Below are positions 1 to 9,250 of a DNA stretch of 39,245 nucleotides, piece by piece. The first letter of the stretch is position 1. Each line of letters begins with the position of its first letter. Made by a program: the position numbers and the translations under genes. Location: NCBI GenBank assembly GCA_001275005.1, contig JWZX01003316.1, positions 1-39,245 on the forward strand, read 5' to 3'. This stretch comes from Chrysochromulina tobinii. Lineage: Eukaryota. Under the pieces are notes generated by a model. It was not told the origin of the DNA, did not search any database, and saw only the letters and a list, made by a program, of their open reading frames with translations.

Positions 1-165
1 ATTCTCCCAACTCTGGAGACTGTGTACTGTGTTTTTGGTGTGTCTACTTGTTTTTCTCACCACCCCCCCTGACTGGGTATCCACCCCTCAGTTTGTTTCG
101 CTCCACGAAAACAAACGGTTTCGTCACCCGACATTTCCATTTTATAATAAGGATGTATACTACAC

Positions 166-3100
166 TCATGACGACAGGTAGAGCGAGTTGGCGAAGGCGA
201 TGCCACGGTGCACGGCAGCTCGACCGTCGAGGAAGCGCTCACGAAGCGGCTGGTTGCCCAGCGCGCTGGCCGCGTCGGCTAGCTGGAGCAGCATCTCGTC
301 CAGCGCTTTCAGATGCCGCACCAGCGTTCCTTCGTATGTACTTGGACTCAAAAGCCAACATTGTTCAAATGAAGCCCCAGATGCCCATGCGAGCACTGCA
401 GCCACCAGCTCAGTGCTCAGGTCGTCGCGCTCATCCATGCCCACTGTCGGCTCGAGAGCAAATTCTGCCGCGAGGCGCTTGAGGCGCTCATTCGTCTGCT
501 TAATCGCCGCGATGGCTCGATCGAGAGCGGCCGTCGGCAGGGGCAGTGAGTACGACGTCCCAAGCGACGACTTCGCCACCCTCTGGCCGGGCAGCAGACA
601 TGCGAGGACGGCAACCGTCTCTGCAGTGCTGAGCTCATTGAGAACGCCGTCGACGATGACCTCCACGAGGAGCAGCTCGTCCGACGCCTCAATGCAGCAC
701 GCCGCACGTCCCTTGAGGAGCAGCACATCATCGCTGTTGACGTACTCAAGGCGCTCGAGCATCCGACGCATGCATGCGATGCGAGGGTCAGCAGTCTGCG
801 CACAAATATCCTGGGCGACCTCCGACTCGCCCAGGACGCACAGTGCTGCCGATCGCATGCGCGGTTGCGGATCCGCGTCCGCCGCCTTGTCGAGCTGCTC
901 AAGCTCCAGCAGCACCATCCGTGTTTTCCGGCACCGATCGTACGCGCTTTGCAAGCGGCTGCTCCGATGTAGAGGATGCGCGCGAAGTGCGTGCTCCGCC
1001 TCTTCGATGTCGTCGACTAGCCGAAGCAGCACGGGGTCGGCAACGTCCATATGCTCGATCGGGTCGAGGAGCGGCATGGAACCATCAAATCCTTGGAGAG
1101 ACGCATCGAGGGCCAGGGCGACACTTGCACGTGCGTCCGGCTCCTGCAGGTCGCGTGGCATCCACAAGCGCACAGCGGCGAAGTGTCGCACTGCAGAGAG
1201 CGGGACACTCACCACCACCATTTCCCGCTTGGCATCATCACAGATTGCTGCCTCAGTGACTTCCTCAGCAGCGATGCCTCCATCACAGAACGCATGCTTG
1301 CCTATGGGCATCGTCCTCGGCCGCTTTCGCGTCGTCGTTCGGGTCAGCACATGCAGCTGCGAGCTGCCAGGAAGCGGTGGCGCATTTGAACCTTCGCTCG
1401 AGCCAGGCTGGTTGCTCGCAGACGCGGCCGCACCTGCCGTCCCTGGTGCCGATACCAGCACCGCCCAGTCGCGGTTTTCGTGAAGGTAGAGCAGGCGACC
1501 AGGCTGCAGCCACGGCCTCGCGTGACTCCGTAAGCGCCGCTCAAACTGCTCTCCGAGGCGATGCAACGCTGCTCGTTGGAGCAAGTACCTGTCCGCCGAG
1601 TGATGCAACTCGATCTCTGCTGCAGCTTCCGCACGTAAGATGCGCAGCTGCTCTGCGACCGTGTGCCGCCGCGCGGCGCGCCGACGCCGCTCACGGGCGA
1701 GCTGGAAGGTGCGAAATGTGCGTTCTAAGATTGTAAGCGCGCTGACGCCCTCGGTGCGCATGAGCTTGAGCATCGTCGAGAAGCGCAGCGAGAAGCGCGA
1801 ATTGAGCTCTTTGAAGCGCCGGGAGAGCATCTCCTCGCCCTCGTCTGCCGAAAGGTGGTGGCTCATAAGCAGCACAGAATAGCCCTGCGAGTCCTGCCCG
1901 CGCCGGCCCGCACGCCCGCTCATCTGCGTGTACTCTGTCGGCTGGATGAGCCTCGACGTTGTGCCATCGAACTTCTGCGTCGACGCGAACACCACGGTGC
2001 GCGCGGGCAAGTTGAGCCCCATAGCAAGTGTTTCCGTGGCAATGAGTACACGCAGCATCCCCTCCGTGAAGAGTAGCTCCACGACCTCGCGCAGAAGTGG
2101 CAGCAGCCCGGAGTGATGCAAGCCCACGCCCGACCGAAGCAGCGGCAGGAGCGAGGTCACCTGAGCTAGCGAACGATCCTCGTCAGCAAGCATGCTCACT
2201 GCGCGCTCGAAGACTTCCTCGACTGTGGCGATCTCCTGCGGGCTGAGGAGCCGCAGCCCGCTGCCAGGCACCACGCCTCCGTCGCCCGCTGTGGCCTCGG
2301 CGGTGACTGTCGCGGCGGCATTGCGTGCCATCTGCGCGGCAATGAGTTCACACTCCTTTCGGCTGAAGCAGAAGACGATTGCAGGCAGCATACCCAGAGG
2401 GCCGAGGCGGCCTATGACACGAATGACTTCAGCGGCGCGCCTGCGATTCTTCTCGCTGACAGCATGCGGGTCAGGCATCTCTATTGGGGTCGATGCCGCC
2501 CCTCGGCTCCGGATCCTTGGGAGTCCGCCCACGGCGCTCTGCCACTGAGCCTCGTCAAAGCAGCCCTGCTCGTCCTGCACGAGGTGCAGCCCCCCGCCGC
2601 CAAGTGGGCAGACGTAGTGAAGCAGCGGTACTGGGCGATGCATGGTGTGCACCACGTTGATAGGCTGACCGTGCAGAGCTGCTAGCCACTCTGCTACTTC
2701 AAATGCGTTTGGCACTGTCGCCGATAGCAGGACCACTCGAATGGAGTGTGGCAGCAAGATGAGGGACTCCTCGAGCACCCAGCCACGATCTGGGCTTCCC
2801 AGTAGGTGCATCTCGTCAAATATCACCCATTTAACCTCTCGCATTGTCGTCGCCCCTCGGTAAAGCATCACGCGCAATACTTCGGTGGTCATAACAAGGC
2901 ACGACGACTCCTCATCGATTGTGGTGTCACCCGTTACAAGTCCCACATCGCCGAACGCTTCTTTGAGATCGCGATACTTTTGGTTGGAGAGCGCCTTGAT
3001 TGGTGAAGAGTAGATCACGCGCTGACCATCACGTATCGCAGCAGCAATCGCATGCTCAGCACACACAGTTTTGCCAGCGGACGTGTGGGCACACACCAGC

Positions 3101-3249
3101 ACCGACTCTCCGTGATCGATACACGACGTAGCCACGCGCTGAAATTCGTCTAAGGCGAAGGGATACCGGCGTGCTGGCTGCGCAGCTGCGCGGCTCTGGT
3201 GTGGCACTCCCAGCGGCGGACGAGCCACGCTGAAGTCGCACGCGGCCAT
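166..3249 (-). CDS. MTR4: Mtr4/Ski2-family DExH RNA helicase (exosome cofactor), divergent
   Basis: Motifs AHTSAGKT, SPIKALSNQKYRDL, DEMH, LSATVPN, FCFSRKECE, HHSGLLP, QMSGRAGRRG and C-terminal RGIAFANSLYL (Mtr4-type end). The ORF track starts at TTG 3348; the first ATG is 3249. No intron is needed. Confidence 0.88.
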   Translation of the reverse strand: MAACDFSVARPPLGVPHQSRAAAQPARRYPFALDEFQRVATSCIDHGESVLVCAHTSAGKTVCAEHAIAAAIRDGQRVIYSSPIKALSNQKYRDLKEAFGDVGLVTGDTTIDEESSCLVMTTEVLRVMLYRGATTMREVKWVIFDEMHLLGSPDRGWVLEESLILLPHSIRVVLLSATVPNAFEVAEWLAALHGQPINVVHTMHRPVPLLHYVCPLGGGGLHLVQDEQGCFDEAQWQSAVGGLPRIRSRGAASTPIEMPDPHAVSEKNRRRAAEVIRVIGRLGPLGMLPAIVFCFSRKECELIAAQMARNAAATVTAEATAGDGGVVPGSGLRLLSPQEIATVEEVFERAVSMLADEDRSLAQVTSLLPLLRSGVGLHHSGLLPLLREVVELLFTEGMLRVLIATETLAMGLNLPARTVVFASTQKFDGTTSRLIQPTEYTQMSGRAGRRGQDSQGYSVLLMSHHLSADEGEEMLSRRFKELNSRFSLRFSTMLKLMRTEGVSALTILERTFRTFQLARERRRRAARRHTVAEQLRILRAEAAAEIELHHSADRYLLQRAALHRLGEQFERRLRSHARPWLQPGRLLYLHENRDWAVLVSAPGTAGAAASASNQPGSSEGSNAPPLPGSSQLHVLTRTTTRKRPRTMPIGKHAFCDGGIAAEEVTEAAICDDAKREMVVVSVPLSAVRHFAAVRLWMPRDLQEPDARASVALALDASLQGFDGSMPLLDPIEHMDVADPVLLRLVDDIEEAEHALRAHPLHRSSRLQSAYDRCRKTRMVLLELEQLDKAADADPQPRMRSAALCVLGESEVAQDICAQTADPRIACMRRMLERLEYVNSDDVLLLKGRAACCIEASDELLLVEVIVDGVLNELSTAETVAVLACLLPGQRVAKSSLGTSYSLPLPTAALDRAIAAIKQTNERLKRLAAEFALEPTVGMDERDDLSTELVAAVLAWASGASFEQCWLLSPSTYEGTLVRHLKALDEMLLQLADAASALGNQPLRERFLDGRAAVHRGIAFANSLYLSS

Positions 3250-3405
3250 GGGAAGCGCGCGATGTGACGGAACCGGAAAGCTCTCGGACACGCTTTCGTG
3301 ACGTGGCCCTCGTCGTGGCGGGGAGTGATGCGGGCGCGGTGATTCCAAGGTTCCTCCTCGTTAACTTTTTTTTTTGACGATTTCTGAGTCCCCTACAGGG
3401 TCTTT

Positions 3406-3845
3406 ATGGCCGACACCGGCACATTCGACTCGGCGTTCAGCGTGCTCGTGGACGGCAAGCGCCTGGTCGTCGGTAGCCAGATCTACTCGACGCAGTCGCA
3501 GCTACACCGAGAGAGCCGACCCCGTGCTCCGCCCTCTGTAATTGGTCCAGATCCATTTCCGCAGGCGACGAATGATGCCGACCGGCCGGACATCAAGGCA
3601 TTCTCATATCCGCTGGTTCCCAGCGATTCCAAACCGGCCATCGGCGAAGCAGTGTGGTCATATCCTGGGCGATCGTAAAGGCCTCAAACTACGAAGCCGC
3701 TACCAGCTGCTGCGCTGGGCAGTACGGCCGTGTGGATGAGCTGCTCATCCGCATCTTCTTCGCGTCGGACGAGAATGTGCTGCCGCATAGACCATATTTA
3801 GCCACCAGTATGTACAGTGCCTGTAATACCTTGTACTGTGAGTGA
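3406..3845 (+). pseudogene. Possible short or frameshifted coding fragment of unknown function
   Basis: ATG ORF 3406-3678 with gene-like codon usage. A second protein-like frame (3654-3845, ...YGRVDELLIRIFF...) overlaps its end. The ATG lies 156 bp from the MTR4 ATG, like the other divergent pairs here. No family was confidently recognised. Confidence 0.3.
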
Positions 3846-4148
3846 GTATGACCGCGGACAAGAGCAGAGACGTTGACGCCGACAGCAGTGTGTGTAACGT
3901 GTCGCTTTCGCCGTTGGCATTTGCGCCGCGTGGCGTGTGCTGTCGACCTGATTGTCGGAGGATACTATTGTAAGCAGATTCCGAGCGGTGATCACAATTT
4001 GTCACGGGCGACGTTTCCCGTTATATCTCCCGCGAGTGCGCCGGACGTCTTCGGTCTTGATTACATATAGGGCGCGGTTGGCCGTCGCGGGCCGGGAAAT
4101 CTTGCACGAGCGGAAAATCGAAAAGAAAACTTCGGTGTCTTCACAGGA

Positions 4149-4877
4149 ATGGCCGATGCCGTGCACGCTTCGACGACGCTCGCCCCGTCGCCATCCGCAT
4201 CGGATGATGCGGAGCCAACTTCGACTGATGCGGATCCAGCTTCGACGACGCTCGCCACGTCGCCATCGTCTGAGCCTGTGCTGCAAGCGTCCAAGAAGCA
4301 GGGCAGTACGAAGCGCCCCAAGGGCGCGATCGACCGTGCAAAGGGCAAGCAGAAGGCGGTTGACAAGAAGAAGATGGATCTGGCAAAGCGCGAGAAAACT
4401 GCTGAAGGCATGGCTGAACTGCAGAAGAAGGCCAACGAGACGCTCGCCAAGCCGCTTTCGGCCTTCATGCTCTTTGGGTTCTCGCAGCGCGGGATTCTGA
4501 AGAAGCAGAAGGAGCCAATCCGTGAAGTTGTGAAGGCGGTAGGTGAACGATGGATGCTCCTAAGCCATGCTGATCGTGCTAGGTATGAGGCTATGGCTGA
4601 TGAAGAGGCGGCCTACTTACAGAGGCGAGCCGCGCAACCGCCGCCCAGCGTGATCGCGCCGAAGCCCAAGTCGAAGCCCAAGCCCAAGCCCAAGCCCGAG
4701 CCGACCCCCAGCCCCTCAGCACCACAAAATGATGGCGATGCCAAGGCTCAGCCTCACGAGGATGAGGGCCAGGTACAGGTGGATGAAGAGGACGATTGCG
4801 CTGATGTCGCTGAGCCAGCACGTTACAATGGAGATGCGGACGAGCGCGGTGACCCGAACGCCGAAATTTGGGGGTGA
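4149..4877 (+). CDS. HMG-box protein (single box, Lys-rich flank, acidic tail)
   Basis: KPLSAFMLF...IREVVKAVGERWMLLSHADRARYEAMADEE matches the HMG-box consensus. It is followed by a (KP)n linker and an acidic C-terminus. TCACAG just before the ATG could be the acceptor for an upstream exon. Confidence 0.8.
   Translation: MADAVHASTTLAPSPSASDDAEPTSTDADPASTTLATSPSSEPVLQASKKQGSTKRPKGAIDRAKGKQKAVDKKKMDLAKREKTAEGMAELQKKANETLAKPLSAFMLFGFSQRGILKKQKEPIREVVKAVGERWMLLSHADRARYEAMADEEAAYLQRRAAQPPPSVIAPKPKSKPKPKPKPEPTPSPSAPQNDGDAKAQPHEDEGQVQVDEEDDCADVAEPARYNGDADERGDPNAEIWG
4167..4268 (+). repeat. Intragenic direct repeat of about 30 nt, 72 nt apart, encoding ASTTLA(P/T)SPS twice
   Basis: gcttcgacgacgctcgcc(c/a)cgtcgccatc starts at 4167 and at 4239. 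Confidence 0.8.
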
Positions 4878-5267
4878 CCGGGGATCGAACTGTCATTGTT
4901 CGGGATCGTCTCTGAGGATCTATGTATGCGCATCTTCATCCTATTTCCTATAGCATCGTTTTATGTCTCACGATCGCGTGAGACGAATCGGCAATCGTCC
5001 GCTCGCGTCAGAGCCCGCTCCACGCGCACCCGACCCGGCGCAGTCGACACCCCCCGCGACGGGGTCGGGCTCGTCACGGGCCCGCGACGGGCCTCGTTCA
5101 GGCTCGTCCTTCACCGTCCTACGTGCGGTGTGGCGTGGGGAGCGACGTGCCCGGGCGGGGGGCGCGGGCAAACCCAACCCGCAACAGAGCGAGGCCGCCT
5201 CTCGGCGCTCAGTTTTTGACCGGGTGCCACTGCTCTCCGACTTGAAACTCTGCTTGTTGCGGTCCTG

Positions 5268-6761
5268 TCAGGCGCCGCGCGCCGCGCCCACACTACCGCT
5301 ACTGAGGTCTTGGGCGGGTTGGGGTTGGGGCTGTGGAACCTCAGGGTGAGGCTGTGGAATGAGGCTGGAGGGGCTGGGGGTCGCTCTCCTAAGGTCCTCC
5401 GCAAACTTGATCACCTGAAGGGCGTCCCGACTTGCCACGTAGCACGCTCGCATCGAGTCACCCTCGACCATCCATTTGTGCCCACTGTAAGTGAAACGCG
5501 TGGAACGCGTGCCCGCTGCCACTTCTCCATATGATTTTGGAGTGCCATCGAGAGTGACCCAGCTCAGCTGGATTGTGTGCGATCCTGCCTGATTATCAAT
5601 CTCAAGAGTGCAAGCCATCTCTTGAACGCCAACTTCGCCATCATCATGACGATCACATTCGGCGATTGTAGGAAGCAACTGGCTCGCCTCGCAGACGGGA
5701 TTAATGAAGATGGGCCGCAGCACGACTGGCTCCGTCTCTGTGGCGTTCACAGAAAAGGATGGGTGTGAGCCGCCGTAAACGCTACCCACGAGGCCGAAGC
5801 CATGCGCATCATACTCGGCGAGGCCGTGTGGCCCCGGCCGGGGCAGTTTCTGTGTTGAGCACACGAACTCTCCATGTGACCCCCAGAACCACATCGACAA
5901 TTCGGCAAAGTACTCCTCGGCGCACGTCGCGGCGTACGCCTTCGAGCCACATGGGCGGCGCCAGAGGCCGCGCGTAATCGTGGAGCGCTCGAAGGCCTCG
6001 ACGATTGCCGCCCGCGTGGTGCGCGGAAGCCCATAGTCCATCAGCGTGTGTGCAAATTCGTGTGTGAGCACGTCTCGACCGGCGTAACGAGGATCCGTGT
6101 CGTGCTCAACCAGGTTTTCCTCGCCGCACGAGCAAATGAGACCGCCCAACCCACGTGTACGCTCGTCGACGGTGAGTTGATCCGCCGAAAGGAGCGGGTA
6201 TCTGTATCCGCGTGCGTTGTCACTGCGCTCCGCCCACACGCCGTGCCGCTCAGTGCGGCGTGGGTCGTTGCGCGCCTCGTCCGCGTAGTCGCCCCGGCGA
6301 CCCCGCAGGTGGGCGTGCTCGGGCAAGTTCGACACTTGCTGGCGACTGCCAACGATGTGAATGGCAGCGCCGCGCCGCCGCAGGCGCGCTGGCACGTCCG
6401 GCGGCAGGTTGCGGAGCATACGGCCAATTCTCTCGGCTGCTATGAAGAGTGCAGCGTCAGTACAGCGAGCGTGCGCCTTGACTGGGATGCCGCGCACGAC
6501 GAGCTGCTTAGAAAAAAATGGATGCGCGCCCGTCGCTGGCGTGATCGTCGGTCGGCGGTGCGACCGACGGCGAGTCCGCTCCAGGGGCTGGGCCGCCTCT
6601 GCTCCAAGCCGCTTGAGCAGATTTGCGTGCGCCCTGTCCGAGGAGAGGATCACCGGCAGCAACTGCGCGCGCATTGCCTGTCCCCGGGAACTGCTCGCCG
6701 CAGCGTCGGGCGCGGTGGAGAGGAATGGGACAAATCGAGGCGGAAGTGGGAGGGCGTGCAT
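5268..6761 (-). CDS. Zinc metallopeptidase (HEXXH plus downstream Glu, anthrax lethal factor/ATLF-like) with a C-terminal VHL-beta-like domain
   Basis: RGLGG..CSCGEENL, DVLTHEFAHTLM (HEFAH at 6048-6062), YAATCAEEYFAE and LAEYD. The C-terminal IQLSWVTLDGTPKSYGEVAAGTRSTRFTYSGHKWMV resembles the VHL beta domain. The first ATG is 6761 (track start is TTG). Confidence 0.75.
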   Translation of the reverse strand: MHALPLPPRFVPFLSTAPDAAASSSRGQAMRAQLLPVILSSDRAHANLLKRLGAEAAQPLERTRRRSHRRPTITPATGAHPFFSKQLVVRGIPVKAHARCTDAALFIAAERIGRMLRNLPPDVPARLRRRGAAIHIVGSRQQVSNLPEHAHLRGRRGDYADEARNDPRRTERHGVWAERSDNARGYRYPLLSADQLTVDERTRGLGGLICSCGEENLVEHDTDPRYAGRDVLTHEFAHTLMDYGLPRTTRAAIVEAFERSTITRGLWRRPCGSKAYAATCAEEYFAELSMWFWGSHGEFVCSTQKLPRPGPHGLAEYDAHGFGLVGSVYGGSHPSFSVNATETEPVVLRPIFINPVCEASQLLPTIAECDRHDDGEVGVQEMACTLEIDNQAGSHTIQLSWVTLDGTPKSYGEVAAGTRSTRFTYSGHKWMVEGDSMRACYVASRDALQVIKFAEDLRRATPSPSSLIPQPHPEVPQPQPQPAQDLSSGSVGAARGA

Positions 6762-6961
6762 CGGTCGAGGAGCTCGAAAGCGGCCGCCCGTCGCGGATAA
6801 GATGCGCAAGTGCTCTCGGACAGAGACCTTGCGAAATTGCAGGATCGCCGTCGCAAAGAGCAGAGCGTTTCGCTGAGCACAGCGTTGGAAGGAATAATTC
6901 CTAGGTCCCCTTTAATGGACCTCGAGAAAACCTATTTTGTCGAATCGCGAATCTCGGAAGG

Positions 6962-7984
6962 ATGGTCTGCGGCCTTTTCTTGCTGTGCTCAACCCTCTCT
7001 GCGGCTCACCTGCCATCGCCCGTGCCACTGGCACGCGTCATCGGCATGGGGTCAAGCGCATTGTCGCTCGGCCATTGTCGTCGTTGCGCCGGACTGAGTG
7101 CGCTCGCGCCAGGTGACGACCCTTACGCCATCCTTGGTGTCAATCGCGATGCAAGCGCAAGCCAGATCAAACAGGCGTACCGAAGGCTTGCGCTGCGGAA
7201 TCACCCCGACGTGGCGACCGACGTACCGGACGCGCAGGCCAAGTTTGCTAGGATCGCTGATGCCTACTCTGTGCTCTCCAACGTAGAGACACGTGCCAAG
7301 TATGATCGCACGGGGCGGGGCGGCAGCAGCAGCGGCTACAGCGGCGCAGGCAGCGCGCCGAGATCGTCGAGTTATGGTTCCAGCTCGCCGTCCAACCCGG
7401 CCGCCGCTGCCGCCGCCGCGGAGCGGCAACGCCGCTGGCGCGAGGCCAACCCAACACCGGGTGAACTCGGTGACAGCTTCGGCGCTCTGCTCGGCGACAT
7501 CGCGTCCGCCGTCGGCCAGGTTGTCGGCGGTGGCGACTGGCTCTCGCTGCTTGACGAGCTACAGCTCGCTGAAGGCGCGGAGTTGCAGTCGCTGCTGCGC
7601 TCGACGAACGTCGCCATGCTCAAGGAGGAGCTCGAGAGCGCGCGCTTCGTGCAGAGCTCCTTAAAGACGCGGATAGCGCGGCTAACGTCCGAGGTGCAAG
7701 CCGCCATCGACGACAGGGAAAGCTTCGTGCGAAGTGGCGCCGCGCGCGGCAGCATGGAGCGCTCCATTGAGCGCGACCTCGAGCGCGACCTCAGCCGCCG
7801 CCGCGAACGGCTCGCGAATGCAAGGCGCATGCTGACCCAAGCTGAATCGCGCGAGAGCCGAATCAACGCCCGTCTCGAAGAACTGCGTCGCGGCCCGCCG
7901 CCAAGCAGCCCTCGAGCGGCCCAACGATCGCTCCCCTCCGTCGAGGACGAGCTTCAGCGCTTGAAGCGAGAAATGCGTAAATGA
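6962..7984 (+). CDS. DnaJ-domain protein with bipartite plastid presequence and C-terminal coiled coil (CDJ2-like)
   Basis: J-domain [40 protein letters not shown] with intact HPD. The N-terminus is hydrophobic and followed by a Ser/Arg-rich stretch. The coiled coil ends in [13 protein letters not shown]. Confidence 0.88.
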   Translation: MVCGLFLLCSTLSAAHLPSPVPLARVIGMGSSALSLGHCRRCAGLSALAPGDDPYAILGVNRDASASQIKQAYRRLALRNHPDVATDVPDAQAKFARIADAYSVLSNVETRAKYDRTGRGGSSSGYSGAGSAPRSSSYGSSSPSNPAAAAAAAERQRRWREANPTPGELGDSFGALLGDIASAVGQVVGGGDWLSLLDELQLAEGAELQSLLRSTNVAMLKEELESARFVQSSLKTRIARLTSEVQAAIDDRESFVRSGAARGSMERSIERDLERDLSRRRERLANARRMLTQAESRESRINARLEELRRGPPPSSPRAAQRSLPSVEDELQRLKREMRK

Positions 7985-8129
7985 GTTCGGGAAGAACTCC
8001 GGGCCTTCCATTCCGTGTCAGATTCCACCCAAGGATTCCACCGCGGCGTGGCGGGCTGCTGTGCCCCCTAGACGTGTAGTTCGTGGCGTGACTCGTGTGA
8101 GCTGTGAACGAAAAGGACTTCAACTCTTC

Positions 8130-9151
8130 ATGCGCCTCGTCTCGTTCATTGGTCCCAACTCGCCCAATGCGCAGCAAGTGGGCGTCCTCGTGCCCCTTGG
8201 TGGCGCTGTCGGCACGCACACGCATGTAGTCAACCTGACAGCCGCCTTTGCGGTCGACGGTGGCGAGCTTCTGCACCGTGGCATGCGTCAGCTCTTGGAG
8301 GAGGCCGATACTGGTGGCAGCCTCGATCGTGCCGCTGCGGCTGTCGCGACAGGGCGCTGGCGCGTGCCTCTGGATGCGGTCTCACTGCGGGCTCCGATCT
8401 ACGATCCAGAGAAGGTGTGACGCACGGATTTCCGAAACACAAACGCCTGCTCTTGTGACTGACGCACGCTGTGGACCTGACGCATGCTGTGCAGATCATC
8501 TGTGTCGGCATGAACTATCACGATCACTGCACGGAGCAAAACTTTCCGATCCCAAAGGAGCCGGTCATCTTCAGCAAATTCGCTTCCTCGATCGTCTCCA
8601 ACGGCGAACCACTTCCTCTCGACGAGGAGCTCACGCAGGAGCTCGATTTTGAGGCTGAGCTCGCTATTATCATCGGCCGGACGGGCCGACACATCCCCAA
8701 GGAGCGCGGCCTCGACCACATTGCCGGCTGGTCTGTTGCGCACGACGTGTCTGCGCGCGACTGGCAGATGAAGAAGAACGGCGGCCAGTGGCTCCTGGGT
8801 AAGACCATCGACGGCTTCGCCCCCATCGGCCCATCCATCGTAACGCGTGATGAGGGCGCCCCTTTTTTAGACGCCGGCAATCTCGGCGTGCACACCACGC
8901 TCAACGGCGAGATAGTGCAGAAATCCAACACCCGCGAGCTTATCTTCAAACCAGCCGACATCGTCGCCTTCGTCTCACGCTTCGTCACGCTCAAACCAGG
9001 CGACATGATCTTCAGCGGCACGCCCGGCGGTGTGGGCATTTTCCGCAAGCCGCCGATGTTCCTCAAGGGCGGCGACGAGGTCGTCGTCCATATCGACGGG
9101 CTCGGCAGTCTCACCAACCGCGTCGCCCTCGTGACCCGCGCGAAGCTGTGA
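8130..9151 (+). CDS. FAHD2: Fumarylacetoacetate hydrolase domain protein (FAHD2-like); exons 8130-8414 and 8495-9151
   Basis: Splicing gives APIYDPEK|IICVGMNYHDHC, the FAHD2 signature. Also EPVIFSKF, LDFEAEL, HDVSARDWQ, WLLGKT and SGTPGGVG. The protein ends in AKL. Confidence 0.92.
8415..8494 (+). other. Spliceosomal intron, 80 nt, GT-AG
   Basis: AAG|GTGTGA...CTGAC...GTGCAG|ATC. Removal joins two ORFs into a conserved motif. Confidence 0.92.
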
Positions 9152-9250
9152 TGGCTCAGAGTACCGTCCGACGATTAGACGTTCGACGAGACGTTGAGAG
9201 GAGAGAAAAAAACGGGTTCACACGCAGCAACCTGTGCGTGGCTCCTAAAC

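Noticed and set aside
188..1483. Long antisense or alternate-frame ORFs (e.g. 188-1483, 17216-18403, 21477-22301, 28743-29723)
   Set aside because: They are Ser/Arg/Ala-rich shadows of real genes, expected in GC-rich DNA, and carry no motifs.
3250..3348. TTG/GTG starts from the ORF track (also 6809, 9194, 12836, 17068, 22964, 23265)
   Set aside because: This is a eukaryotic locus, so I used the first in-frame ATG or a spliced upstream exon instead.
3366..4984. Transposon carrying the HMG gene, bounded by T10 (3366-3375) and a hairpin (4965-4984)
   Set aside because: I found no terminal inverted repeats, target-site duplication, or transposase/RT motifs. A T-tract in a promoter and an 8-bp stem are unremarkable.
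8459..8491. Duplicated branch-point-like CTGACGCAYGCTGTG in the FAHD2 intron
   Set aside because: It is a small local duplication with only one downstream AG, so no consequence is evident.
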